From Raillietiella orientalis (Eukaryota), in assembly GCA_036172245.1 (NCBI GenBank), contig JAYWIR010000043.1, positions 248,001 to 312,000 of the forward strand: a stretch of DNA of 64,000 nucleotides, read 5' to 3'. Below, one piece after another: positions 13,100 to 25,959 of this stretch. How positions within the stretch are numbered: position 1 is the stretch's first letter; every line of letters begins with the position of its first letter. The position numbers and the translations under genes are program-made. A model generated the notes under the pieces. It did no database searches and was not told the DNA's origin. It saw only the letters and a list, made by a program, of their open reading frames with translations.

Positions 13100-13960
13100 C
13101 AGCAGCCACGAAACAAAGTCGATTTTTCATTTCCTTCCATCTTCGTAACCTTCCATCCGCTTCGTGATAGGTGGAAGTGCTCAAGAGGAAATTCTCCCGG
13201 CCGTCAGCCACCGAACGTAAGGCCAAGTCCTTATGCGTCACCTCAGCTACATTTTGAAGGCCTCTGAGCCGAGTCCAACGAATTTTTCAAAAGTCCCACT
13301 GCTAGTGAATCCTGGTGCCCGGACTTTCCAATGTCATGAGTTGCGCTTCCAAGAGCTTCTTCATCTCACAGTCGAAGCGTGCAAAATGCAAGAATTTCGG
13401 AGGCAGGAAGGATGCTGAGAGCAGGACCTGCGAGATGGCTTTGAAGAATGGGCACGTGGAACTCGCCGCAAGAACGGAAGGCGTAAAACGGGAGCAAGCG
13501 GCGCAGAGGGAGCAACGCACTCGGCAGTACTTGATGAAGTCCTGTTAAACACACGACACAGTTTGAAGTGCTCGCCTTGAACGAGCATTCTGGCCATAAA
13601 ATGCGAAACAGAACTATCAGAAAACGCGGAAATGCCATCGGAAGGACCCCATGCAAAGTCAGTGCATTTGGAAGTAGACCAACGTGGTTGTTTCAGAATT
13701 ACTGTCCGACGCTTAAGTCTATCGAAAATTCCAGAACTGTATTTGAAAGGATCAACACCGTTTCTATAATTGAGTCATTTGGGAATTTTGGGATGTGCGG
13801 GAGCAGTGCACGCCACAAGAGAGAATATGCATGCAAATGTGCTCTGAAAATTCACATAAATTTCCTGGACTCGAATTCCAGGCATCCCCTCCTTCCAGAA
13901 AACGATGCTGGAAATTTGGGAATAATAGGTCGTATTTAGCTATCTATGAAGACCCACATC
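13100..13960 (-). pseudogene. Decayed PLS-class PPR fragment
   Basis: KFPNDSIIETVLI (~13750-13790), GIFDRLKRRTVI (~13695-13735), MLVQGEHFKLCRVFNR (ORF 13361) and LCAACSR (ORF 13302). Confidence 0.65.
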
Positions 13961-14899
13961 ATCGTATTGCTTCCTCCATGATAACAGCACATTATTCTTG
14001 AAGCAACGGTTAGAGGGATAATGGTTGAGCTCAGGGTGGAAATGTCTGTATTCCTTTTCCCTATCCATTCCTGCTGTTCATAACAAAAACACGTTCAAGG
14101 AATCACATAGAAAATTCGCCCTTCCAAGTGAAGCTAGCAGGTTGGTACTGAAGAGATGACGCTTTCACAGCTATTCAGTAACAAAAACTCCTCCTTAACT
14201 AGCCATCGCATGAGTCATTTGAAACTTCATTCTTAATCTGAGAACTCCGTGGAAAAGTTGGGCTCGTTTGAAAGGTTGAATTTCAGATAATAATGATAAT
14301 ACTAATGAGAGCAACAAGTAAAGAAAGTAAACAGGGGAAAGTGAACAAGTGGAGACATGCATTAGTGGATGAAACGCGCATATCGCTGCAAAACGGAGCA
14401 AACTTTCAGCTGGACCGACGTTGATCTCTCAAATACTGCCTGATGGATTAAGGCGAAAATCCCCGAACTTAAAAAGCTGTCTGCTCTTTCCACGAGAGGG
14501 TTATTTTCTGAATTTCTGAATGTTCAGGAGCAATCCATGCATAGCATGCTGCACAAGTGACTCCCTTGGAAAAACGCAAACTGAAATAAACTGAGCTGAG
14601 TTCATGAAAACGAACTGTTCCAGCTGATGGATCCGGAATCTGGATGTCAGGTTATCAGGAGCTCCGAAACAGAGAGTCGGATTTTTTCCACTCGGCATTC
14701 CTTCATTTCGTTAGCAATAATATTTTGAAATGTCCACCATAACTCTACTCTGACGAAAATCCTTGCAGTATTTCATTTTATCAAGTGCTTCATATTGTGC
14801 AATGAAGCGCCAAGATGAAATCGTGTTCCTTCGACAAAGAGGAACGCTCTAGAGAGGATGTCCTAAGAACTAATGGTTTCAGTCACTACAGTGCCAAGC

Positions 14900-15800
14900 A
14901 GAACCCCCTGAAAAGTCTTCACTGCATCCATCCTCCTCCTCAACACGGGAAATTTATCTGTGCGTCCTGCTATGTCTTTCAAGCAGTACTGACTTTTCCC
15001 CCCTAATCAATTCATGCACCCTTGACTGCAGGAATAACAGAAACCGCACTCCGCTTCACACAACTTCCAATTCGAAGAAGGTCAAAGACAAAGTAATCGA
15101 AGAGAGAAGAACTGAAACAGGAATCTCTACGTGGATGGGAAAAGGACTTTCGAAAGGATACGAGAGGCAGTTGAAATTCGGCCGTTATTGCGTAGAGCAG
15201 AGAGCTCCAGCAGTTGAACTGCCTCACAAATAGCTGCTCTGGCCTCCGGCTGAAACTCAAAGCTTTTGCATTGCTTGCTTGGTCACTCATCATTTCGCAG
15301 CATCTCGGAAAAACAGAATGCAGTTGAGACGAAAAATGCTGGAAACGCTGAAGGGTAATACGACGAGGCAAAACTGCACGTGGTGTGCCACCTTGCCAAG
15401 GATCACCAAGCCATCAAGCAGTTCAAGAGAATTCATTCTAAGAAGGTAGGGAGACCAAAGAGATAGCAAGGGTTTCCTGACTATATTCATACATGTTCGC
15501 CTCTAATGACACGGTAGTACCTATAAAGGTGCCCATGTCCATAAAAGTAGAGACCATCTAATTCTGTCTGCTTTTGAAGCACACTAAGAAGGATATTAAG
15601 ATAGATAAGGTTTGGTCGGAAGAGCGCTCTCGTGGAGCATCTGCCATCGTCATCGACTTTGTTTATGAAACAAACGTGTTTAGTGGTGCCAACACTTCTG
15701 ATGAGACAGAAGTGCAATAAGATGTCGGAGGCATATTTGGCACGAGATGCAGTGCAAGTGACAGTGGAATTACTAGCAGTGGTCACCATCTAGGAAGGAA
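14900..15800 (-). pseudogene. Decayed P-class PPR fragment
   Basis: FRPNLIYLNILLSVLQKQTELDG (ORF 15487), LLDGLVILGKV (ORF 15290), CFSEMLRN and EAVQLLE..ALRNNGRISTASRILS (~15150-15320). Confidence 0.65.
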
Positions 15801-15849
15801 AGAGCTGTCAAAGAGAAACGTTTCGAAGGTGCAGTAAATATATCACAGT

Positions 15850-16300
15850 TTCGCTCGTGGAACCAAACTCATCATTCGAACTGAACGTTCGCATTCCTTT
15901 TTCCTCGAAATTCTCCATATGGAAATCACGATTTGATCTTCATGCAGACAGTGGAGCAAAGCTTCTTCGGCGTAGATGTTTCCAAGATGTGCAAGGGCAA
16001 AGTCCTCGAATTCGAATCAGTCGACACAGGAAGCCTGCGTCCAGTTGACTCATGGGGATCTGGAAGACTTTAAAAGAAACTTCATGATGAAATCCTCTCC
16101 CACACTTTCAGAGACCTGGAAGGTGTGTAGAGATTGGAGAACAGATGCGGATGAAAGGAGCTTCTCTAATGAGTTAATTCGGAGCTGGATGGTAATCACT
16201 TCTGATGAGATTGCATAAGACACACCTCTTCGAGTTTTCGCTTCAGCGTCTTCCCAGGTTGTCAGCAATGGATACAAACCGATATCTTAAGGGAAAGATT
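15850..16300 (+). pseudogene. Decayed PPR fragment
   Basis: HGDLEDFKRNFMMKSSPTLSETW (ORF 15976; cf. CGDLEDA.+.F..M..P.+.TW). EQMRMKG at ~16139-16160. Confidence 0.5.
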
Positions 16301-16779
16301 GGGATGAGAGGAAAGTCGCGAGGAAAGACAACGCTATTCGGAAGACCAAAGTGAGAAGGGCGGTGACACAGTGGCTGGAACGAAAATGCAATAAAAAAAG
16401 GAGGAGCATTTCAGACTGAAAAAACGAAGGCACATATCCAACTTGTCTTCTTGACACTGGGAAAAAACTCCACAGATTCTTTTTAAATTGAAGAGAAAGC
16501 AGAAGAATGAAATCCTGAATAATTGAGAGAATCTTTATCAACTCACTCAATACGAGACTCGACAAAAAGAAAAAGGCTGAGACCACTGAGACTGTCTTTC
16601 TCGAATTCCTTCTCGATGATTACGTCAAGAACCTGAGACGAAATTTCTGTTTTGAAAAGCACTCTGCCATAAGGATAAGAAAGAGGAAAAAATCTCACGC
16701 GACTGTATCAAAAGGCAGGAGATCGGAAAGCGGCCTCAGTGCTTATTTTTATTGCAAACGAAAGTCAGCTGAGCTTTGA

Positions 16780-18330
16780 GATTCGCGGAAATCCGTGAAA
16801 TAATTTCTTCCCGTCTTCCACGTGCGCGTCCCGCTGTTCTAAACCACGTTCTGACTTGCTTCCGTGTTCAGTGCTTTCTGATTTTATCGGAAAGGTGCGT
16901 AAGCATTAAGGAACTTTTGGGACATATTGCCGAAGAAGGAGACAAGGACGACGTCAGAACAGCCTTACAGAGCAAATTGTTTCTGGCAAGCGTGACCTTC
17001 CCATGTACTGCACCGCTATGTCATGTGATTTGATATAGTCCTACTTTCTGAAGATATCTGGGTTCACATCGAGCTGCAGATTCCGAGAGCATTCTTCAGC
17101 GCGAACTTCTTCCATACCCACTTTCTTGCTTCGACCTCTTTCGTGATGAGATTTTGCAGTACTTTCGGCTCGCAAGATAAATTGGTCTCTGGGAAATCAT
17201 TTCTGCTAATTCACTTCACTTATTCGAATTCGGGGTTGAGGGGGTATGGTTATCAGTCTCTTAGCCAAGGGCCTCGATATTCCCAACTGGCTAACTTGGG
17301 AAGGGCCCAGCATAATTGAGGGCGGTAGTTTTGGGCGTCTTCTTCGTTCAGACACCTAAGGACAGCGTCTGCTGTTGCCGTATGCACCTCATGACCCACT
17401 CACATCTGCCGCAACATTTTGCTTTCAAACATCTGCTTTTGTGTGCGCGCACACATAGGAAGAGCTCGTATCCGAAAGGTTCTTCCTGTGGCCGTAGTCT
17501 AATGACTGAGAATCATGGGTCCTCTTCGGATCAAGAACAAGTAGAGGAACAGAAACTCCAGAGTCTCGCTCCTCTTCTCTCATCCTCGGCTGAAGCCAAT
17601 CAACCACGACGGTTACTGAGTTGATTGTGCTAGTTTTCCAAATTCTTCAAGTTCTATAGTTTCACAAAAATGCAGTCGTTTTTCTCAACAACAGCATTTC
17701 CATGTTTGCTTTCCTCCCTCATTCTTTCCGTGAATGCCGATCTAAACGATCCATAGGGAAGAGGCTGGACCGCTTTTGAATGATTAATGGCTCAACAGCA
17801 TCCAATGAAATGCAGAGTATTTGGCTCACAGGGACTTATGCATGCCCTTCGAAAGCTCCTCAGCATCCGTAGCTCCTCTGTAATGCTCTCTTGAGATCAG
17901 TTACGCCCACACGGTTTCGAAGCCTCAGTCTCTGCACTGACATCAGAGAGATGTTGCAGACACTCTGCAAGCCCCGTTTTTCTCCCTGGGCTGTGCCTAC
18001 GAATGGATCCATGAGCCTACAGCCATATAAGACTTCTCTTCATTGCAGATTGTCCACTGTTCGACTGCTAGGGTTGGTTGGTGCAAAGATCTGGTATGAA
18101 TCGTGTCTTCGCTTGCTGATGACCCATGAACTGTCTGCTCCGCATATGCTCAGGCATAAGAATCGGTTGCTTCGTATTCCATGGAGTATTCGATTGATTG
18201 CTATACAGTTGATTGATTGCTATACACCACATGATACATTGGATCATGTAGAAGTTGAGAAACTGAATTACTTTCGTTTCATATATATTGTGGTTTCACA
18301 CAATAAAATATATCCTTTCTCCCATTTGTG
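16780..18330 (+). pseudogene. Decayed PLS-class PPR, N-terminal part
   Basis: LILSERCVSIKELLGHIAEEG...SKL (ORF 16776; typical PLS N-terminus L..C.S+K+L.QIH). CRNILLSNICFC..HIGRAR (~17405-17470). HGFEASVSALTS (~17910-17945). Confidence 0.55.
18192..18226. repeat. Local duplication of GATTGATTGCTATACA (19-bp period)
   Basis: Identical 16-mer at 18192-18207 and 18211-18226. Confidence 0.85.
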
Positions 18331-19279
18331 ATGATGCAAACTGATCGTATACCAGCAAGAATTCCTAATTTGAGTTATCAACCCCTTATATATGATGAGT
18401 GAGAAGAAAACTTCCGCTGCAACACTTCCACCGTTTTCACTTTGATCAACAAAGCATTCATTCATTTCTGCTATGAAAAAACCTCTTTTTTCCAGTGCAT
18501 GCATTCCACTTTTTCCTTCGAGCATACTTCTTCCATGATGAACAGCTGGATAACTGTGTTCAAAGGAAAAACCTTTGGGTACTAGGTTTTGTTCACCGCA
18601 AGTTCACTGTTATTTATCCTCAGTCCATTCTCTCTCAGGATGTTTGCATCCGATGCGATCATTTTATGTGGAAACGCAGGCTCCTATGCGACATCTCGAA
18701 TCCAAGCAATCACAGGGATATCCCCTTCCTTGGGCTGAGAATGAGCTAGCAATGCGGGATGAAAATTTTCTTCTTCCAGCTCTCAACTGGAACAAGCAGT
18801 TCATCCCTGACAGGAACTCGGATTCCGAGAATCGAGAAAGAAGCTTGTAGAAGAACCCGAACTTCTAAACCGGGATCGAATGAATCCACTGCGGCATGGA
18901 ATCCGGTTGTTTGGTAATCGCATGCACATCCTGCTTATTGCAGGATGAAACTTTGCCAAATGATGTCAAGGGAATGTTATCTTTGGAGTGCTGATGCATA
19001 TTTCGTCCCTTCTTCTTCCAAGAGCAAGTAAATACCAATTTTGTCAGATGTCCAAATATCAATAATTTTTTTTTTTTTCATCAACTCACTTCTGGGGCCC
19101 TCCATTCTCGCCATTTTGAGAGCATGACCACACCGAGTGATGTCTACGAACAAAATATCGATCTTTGATCTTAAAGTCTCGATTATCAGACGGCAAACCG
19201 GAAAAAGGCTGACTTCTGAAGCGAGTTCCTTCCCATTCGAGCTCTCGCTTGCTGTGTCCTTAGAAGGATTTTTCCAGAT

Positions 19280-20800
19280 TTCATCTCAGGTTCAGCTCAT
19301 GATCATTATCTCCGATCCCTGTCGTCACACATGGAGTCGTCACACTGAGAAACCACAGCACGAGCTTTGCGCACTGGCAGTGCCACAGTCGAGGACGGCG
19401 ACCGAGGCGCGACTCCTCGGATGAAGATGAACTCTTAGTGAGAAGTCGCTCGCGACTCCTCCGCGGTACATCTGACTGTTGCCGTTGCCAACGTGGAATC
19501 AGCTCGTCAACACCAGTGCTCACGTCCAGGCTCTCGCTGTCGTGTGTGCCAAACGCTGATTTGAAAGCAGCCCTCCGAGAAAACGATAGGACGAAAAGGG
19601 CTGATGAGGTGGCGATGCTCTCGGCAGTACAATATCTTAGGATTGGAAAGAAAAATGGGAGTTGAAGCTTCCACCTCGGAGCTGAATTTTCAAAACTTGA
19701 GCGTTGCTACTGCCTGATCCCGTGGTCTCCGGCTCGCTGGTCAAACGGGGAGAAGACGGGAATCCTTCCCAAGTGACAATCACAGGTGTTCTCCTCAGAT
19801 GCAACCGACCGGATATTTCCAAACAAGTAGGGGAGAAAAACTGATATTTGCGAGAAAGATGGCAAAGATCGTTCTTCTTAGCTTCTCTCTCACCTTTGGA
19901 AGAATTTCTTAGTTTCCGTGATGTAAATGGGAAATTCAGGTATGTTCTTCTTGCTCAAAGTGTGCAAGACACGTTGACTAAATGAAGAAGAGGAAACTGA
20001 ACATCGGATCCCTAGGGTACGTTCCCGAATGTTCTGTCGTTATCCAGCACGAGACGAGGTCACCGTAAACTCTATGGGATGGACAAAAAATCTGGCTGTT
20101 TTTCAAGTTGAAATCTATTTCAGAGGATCCGAAAATGCTTCAACGGTTTTCCTTCTGTGAAATTATGTATTTCCGTTAGGATACTCAACGAATGATCTTG
20201 CTAAGGAGGCTGCGGCATAAAAGCAAGAGTCACTATTTCGCACTTTTGATGAAATGATCATTCATGGTCTCACATTTCATTAGCTACAAGGATGACGTTG
20301 AATTGATATGTTTTCACCGTGATGAATCGCTAATTTTTGGAGACGTGCTGTGAATAAAAGCGACTCCTGTGGCTGGAATTCTTTGGTATCACTCATACAA
20401 GCATGTTGAACAATTCCAGCATTATGATAGTGTGGTTAAAACACGGTGTGCGCACCCAAATAAGATAATACGAGGTGACATAAGGCATCGAACTGAGACA
20501 TTTGAGACGCTATCGCGACGGCATGAAATCCCACTGTGACGAATATGCATCAATGCGATAAACAGGGAATAAGCTGAGTTTTTGTTTTGCACTTGCACTG
20601 AGCAGCCTGAGCTCTCTCAGCTGACCACTTGATGATGCGTTCATTTCCGTAAACGCTCATTCAAACAGCTCCGATGCGATCGTGTAAGAAGTATCGGTGA
20701 TTTTGCGGTTCATACTTTGGAGGTTCTCAAGAAGATAAGCAAATAAGCAAAGAAATCATCAGGAGATGCTTTACTCGCGCACACTGAGCCACCAATAGAA
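19280..20800 (+). pseudogene. Decayed PLS/E-class PPR fragment(s)
   Basis: TWNQLVN (~19491), ADEVAMLSAVQYLRIGKK (ORF 19438), GTFPNVLSLSSTRRGHRKLYGMDKKSG (20016-20096; cf. TFP.VL...G+.+HG..+KSG) and FQHYDSVVK (~20415; cf. EHY..+VD). Confidence 0.65.
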
Positions 20801-20999
20801 AGCAGGATGGAAAAAAAATTTTTTTTCCGGCTGTTAGCATCTTGTGATGTCTGCAGAACTTGACTTCCTCGTGCATGTGGCATGCGTGTCTAGATTTGAA
20901 GGGTAATTTTCATGTCCGATATGAGGGTTTCTCCTAATGAATGGAGAGTCCTCCACTGCACGAGGTCTTTCACAATGGTCCGACTGGTAAGACTTTCAA

Positions 21000-21650
21000 C
21001 ACGTTCAACGTGGCACCAACGCCCCTAAGGATTCTTTTGCTCAGCTCGTACGTAGAAAAGGAGGAAGCAAAAGGCCCTTTAGGCTATCTGCTCTTTTGGA
21101 GAAAGACGCACTGATTCACGAGACTGAAAATCAATGTATTTTGTATCCTGGATCTCAATAACCTTACTTTGTACCTTCATTGAATGTACTGGATCAGTAT
21201 CACACGAAAGCCCAATTACAGACGCCCCTATTTATCTGTGACTTTTCACGTGTTCGAACGTTAGGAATCCTGTTAGCGACATAAAGTCTACTGGCTCGTA
21301 AGAGGAGCACGACCTGAGATGAAGGAAAAGAAAGAAAACTTTCATGCCGAAAAAACTCCATGACTGGAAACGACACTTCTTTTAATAGTGTGGCTTCCAT
21401 GAACAAGACGGGAGTGCAATATGGAATTTCATTCTGTTTTGACGACTGATGACGTCATTCCTCACCTCGAAAGTCCCTCTTTGAGTTTCCGGAACTGCTT
21501 TTCGGAATCCTGCCAAGAAACACTCTGATTTCAGAAAAACCAGTGTCAATCCGAGATGTCATGACTCTTTTATGCAGAACAATGACATGGACCATGCGCA
21601 CTCAGGAGGGAGAGCCAAAGTAAATCCCTCACTTCTAACCTTTCCCCAGG
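21000..21650 (-). pseudogene. Possible decayed PPR fragment
   Basis: RNDVISR (~21445-21465). MEFFRHE and VLLLRASRL (ORF 21200). Weak. Confidence 0.3.
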
Positions 21651-21749
21651 AAAACAGAAGTTTCCGTCCATACCTTGATGCAGGACTGTAAGAATCATTT
21701 TTCATTTACTGGGGAGTATCACAGTAGGAGGGAAATATCCGATCAAGAG

Positions 21750-22860
21750 TCAACTCAAATTGAGACCATCGCATCTTAGCCACATGGTCGCCTCTCTCTT
21801 CATAAATGTGGGCTCGCCTCGTCTCTTTGAACCACGGATGGACCTCCCATCTTTGGAGAGAACAGTTCCTTTTCTTTCTCCCCCGAAAAGTTGTAGGGAA
21901 GATTCTCTCTGCGGGATCCTGTTTTCATCTCGCTCGTGGGTTCACCAGTGAGCCAGAGTCGAAGGCTACAGATTTCTCAGCTTTCCTTCCCTTTCATTCT
22001 CTTTTCAGAAGTCGGAAGCGGAACACTGCACTCGAAGTACACGTGGACGCATCTAGGATTCCCCTGCCTAGGAAAACGCCCATCGAGAGCGAGGTTTCGT
22101 TTATGAGACGGTGCTGTCCTTGAATGGGACGATCGACGCTTCCGCGAGGCGTGCTGCTATGTTCCTTGTGCAACTGATCACTTTGATCACTCGCTACTAT
22201 TCTCGTCGAGCTGTTTCAATTTTTTCTGCTTGGGCTGGTGTTCCCATAGTCGGCGTAGCTGGAGACAAGGTGCCGCTGTAGGTGCCGCTGTAGGTACCAC
22301 TGCATATCTTGTTCGACCTGCAGTTAGTGTCACTTCAGTCTCCAATTCAATTGTGAGGAGAATTTTCGCACCCACCTTTCTTGCGATCACCATTCTGGAT
22401 TTGTCCATGTTGGAACCATGCATGCACAAGCGCCCACCGTCCGCACTACAGTGTTGCTGCAAGGGGTCCCTGGGTGCATCATACTGTGACGAATCTGTTT
22501 GTGACCACCGCTGAACATGGCTGACAATACTGCCTGCCGCTTTCGCCTCCCTCTTTCTTCACCCCTCCTTGGCTTTCCGTTTCTTCACCGACCACGGTTT
22601 CGCTTTTCCTTACTCTGTTTCCTTTCCCCTCGAGCGTTCTCCTCAGTTCAGATCGATCGGAGCTATGGGGATTCGCGCTACCAAAGAGAGAGGCTTTGTG
22701 CGCATGCTCAATCGTAAGCTTTGGACAATCTTTTTCAATGGATTGCCCAGAGAGGCACCTTCGGGAGCAATGCGTCCTCCTGATGAATGCATCTTCCACA
22801 GGAGTATTCCTCCTCTCTCCTGCCTTTTACTCCCAAAGACGTTTCATAAGAAATAAGGTC
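21750..22860 (+). pseudogene. Decayed PLS-class PPR fragment(s)
   Basis: GFVYETVLSLNGTIDASAR (~22093-22150). NFRTHLSCDHHSGFVHVG (~22360-22414; cf. TF+.+LSAC.HSG+V..G). NRKLWTIFFNG...PPDECIF (ORF 22569). Confidence 0.65.
22269..22304. repeat. 12-bp tandem repeat x3 (GGTGCCGCTGTA)
   Basis: GGTGCCGCTGTA GGTGCCGCTGTA GGTACCACTGCA, seen directly. Confidence 0.85.
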
Positions 22861-23039
22861 TCCAGCGACATTGTCAACATTCCCAGTTTTTCAGTCCCAG
22901 TCAGTGAGGAGGCGCCCCTTTTCGTTCCTTTTCTTCTCCTGACGAGAATTCGTCTTTTTCTTGTCAGATGATGAAAGGGTTTTCCGAAAGAAAGTCTTTT
23001 GAGAAAGAGAGCGCTCTCTCTTTCTCTCCTTTTTCTTCT

Positions 23040-23810
23040 CTTATCTCACCATTCCGGGACTTTGAATGAACTCCGTCTCCGACATACTGACTTGGGCAGC
23101 CCCTGAACTTTGCTCAAAAGTCAAAATGGGATCTGCATCATTCAGAGGAGGAAGCCAGTAGCTCGAAATCCGAGGCAATGCCTCCCGAAGAAAATGCTGT
23201 TCTGGATCTCCGAGTGATGGCCTTCTTTGCCTAGCAGTCAAGCCTCACACAGAGCATGTCACGGTTCCGGGAGCGAAAGCAGCGGCTTTCCTTACCAGCA
23301 TGATGCACTGTGCATTCTGCTTCATACTAGCCAAGTCCGTGGCTGCTATCCCGCTCATTAGCATCTTTCTTCGCGGTCAAGGTGAATTCTCCTTCCCTGG
23401 AGGAAGACAACGCACTTTCGTTTCCTTCGTGATCATGGGGAAGACATGGGTTGCCTACCGACGTGAAGGCTGCTAACGGCTGCGCAGAGGGAAGCCACGA
23501 AACTCACAAGTGACTGCTCTAGCACATCCTCTATGAAATCTCTCAGGGGATCAAAAAAAAGGAAGCGATAGGGGAGCGTGTTTTTATATCCCGCACTACT
23601 CTGCTCATCCATGTATCTATTATTCGACAGCAGTGTCTTCCGGGAACTTTGGCGAAGGCTGTTAGCCGTTCTCTTTTTTTTGGGGGGGGGGATCCTGCAG
23701 ATCGAGGACACTTTAGAGACTTCTGGCAGCGATTCGTCGAGGGTGAAGGAGTTCAGACAGGTTCGGTATGGATTTGCGGCATCCGCGCCTTGGTCACAGC
23801 CCGTCATTCG
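23040..23810 (-). pseudogene. Decayed PPR fragment
   Basis: VASLCAAVSSLHVGRQ (ORF 23433; cf. LSACA.+.SL..G+Q). RKMLMSGIAA (~23341-23370). APGTVTC (~23255-23275). Confidence 0.55.
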
Positions 23811-24250
23811 TTGAAGCCTCGGTCGCAGCGAAGAGAGGCCATCCTCTTGATAGCCACCTTCATGAGGAAGGCTGCTAGGTGTCTCTACAGGAATGGATCA
23901 AGTCAGAAATCGATGGCATTCTGCTTCGCAACCAAGAAAGAAAGAGCGATTCGTATCAAGACCTATCCTTTATTTATGTGTTTATTCTTCAAACTGCTTC
24001 CGCTTTGGACTGTTCCAGCAAACGACTGAAAACCCTCCGTTCGAACTTTGTTGTTGTTGTTTCAGGAACAGTGCTCCCAACTTGTTTTCATTTTATTATT
24101 TTCATAAATGCCTTGGTTTCACGGGGTGAAAACTACTTTCCAAGAACTGCAGGGCTGTCAAGCGAGGTGTTCTCTCGAGCTATCCTGATGATAATCCAGC
24201 TTCAAATCAAGCACCTCAGTTTGGGCCCCCTTATGGAGTCCTCTTGGTGA
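23811..24250 (+). pseudogene. Decayed PLS-class PPR fragment
   Basis: LYRNGSSQKSMAF...IKTYPL (ORF 23649). IFINALVS...SSEVFSR (ORF 23879). Confidence 0.55.
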
Positions 24251-25950
24251 CACTATATTCATCCAATAAAGATCCAAGGAGTAGTGGATGTACTCGTATA
24301 CAACCCTACTGTTCCCATGTGATGACATCAAGCAACTCATTTCCCAGGAGTGTTCCTTCTCTTTCCTACTATTTGTCCATGTCTGAGCCAATCCCATAAC
24401 CCTGGCTGGAGAAAGGCTGTGCTCCAGCAAGAGGACCCCACTTGGCTTCATACGAGTGCAAACTGAGTATTTGAATCCTTCATTGATGCTTCATCCACCT
24501 CAGCAAGTAGGTAAGGAACGAGGATAGCAAAGGGAATGAAGCCTGAGGAGAGACGAGTATCCCTGAAAGGAGTGAAATCTGCACAGAAGTGCGATTATCC
24601 CTTCCCTTCACCGCAGTTTCTCGCTTCACCTATCACTTGCTGCCGCAAGACACTGGTGGCACGCACTGTGCTTTAGCTAGCTGACAAGGTGGAAGAATCA
24701 ATGATTTCCGGATTCCGTGGCAGAGAGGAAGTCCAGACAGACAGCAGCTAAGGTCTTCTTATCCACAAGGAGAGTCCCAATGAGCTCCTCCTCCATCGCT
24801 CTGTCCGGGGCAGCAGCAGTGCATTCAGCATGGCGATTTTGCTATGGCTTTGCGGCACATGCATCTGAATAGCAGAGAAGTATCGCTCACATTTTCGATT
24901 GACATTTGAAGGTTTGAGTCTATGACAGAACCTCCGGTGTGCGTTTTCCTTTCGCGAAAGTTGACCTTTTCTCACCCGGAGCACTGAAAGATGTGACACT
25001 TCACCACGAAGTCGTAGCAGCAACTGATGGATACTCCCGACAGAGCTCGCAAAAGGTGAACAAAGCTGATCGCATTGCAGAATTCCTTCGGTCTATGTCC
25101 AGAACATAAATGATGACCGAAACAGTATCAAAAGACAAGCCCAGACTTCAGCCCGCGGCAGAACTCGAAAACAACAGAAATACTGGCGAGAGCCGTCCTT
25201 GCCCTTGCTGCTTGCTAATGGCCGAGATCCAGTAATAAAACAGTGGTGTCGGAGAAATGTATCTACGGCTGACGAGATCTTGCAAATGAAGGATCAGTCC
25301 ATCGGACTACCAAAAGAAATGCCTTGAACTCCTTGGGACACGCCTTTTATTGCAAAATGATGCGATCGAAGTCTGCACTTTTCTGCTTTCTCTATGAAAC
25401 CCAGGAAGCAATTCTTCTTCGACTGCAGAGTGATCATGAAAGGAACTCCTTCGCCAAAACAACAGCACCTCCATTCACTGCGTTCTGTCTCTTTTGGAGT
25501 GAAGAACAAACAGCCTCTGTTAGAGTGTGAACACTTTTATCGAGAAATCACTCCGTATACTCCGTTTCCTTCGGATTGATAGATTCCATTTTAGTTAAAC
25601 ATACGGTAGGAAACCGAGGATTCAAGAACGCTTCTACTAGTTCTTGGTAGCTTTTGCCAGAAATTATGTTGGAATCTTTACGTGCATACTCGGCGCATCT
25701 TTTGCATTCATCCTCTCTTTTTCCTGAGAGGTGTTTCAGCTCGTGCAATCTCGAGAGGTAGAATTCGGATTATGTTGATGTCTTCGAACCTTCACGGATT
25801 TTCCTCTCGTGACGGGGACATGGCAGAGACACTTTCCTGGACTCAGTGAACTCTCAAAGACAAGATTGCTGCAGGATACTAAGATGTTTTCCTGAGAAGT
25901 GGAGTTATGATTGGCGACACGGTCCACCTCTGAGAGTTGGCAGAAGAGAA
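24251..25950 (-). pseudogene. Decayed PPR fragments (probably two sources)
   Basis: KEHSWEMSCLMSSHGNS (ORF 24158; cf. K+..SW..MI.G.A.HG), IAMLNALL (ORF 24748), SYQELVEAF (ORF 25548) and SLCSRRRI. Confidence 0.4.
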
Positions 25951-25959
25951 GGGGTTTAT

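Noticed and set aside
20809..20828. Perfect 20-bp palindrome GGA8T8CC (similar small inverted repeats at 6079-6111 and ~23001-23026)
   Set aside because: These are short and low-complexity, too small for a miRNA precursor or TIR pair.
21598..21618. miR390-like match (CTCAGGAGGGA core)
   Set aside because: Only an 11-nt core matches, with mismatches at miRNA positions 1-3 and no precursor hairpin or TAS3 context. This is compatible with chance.
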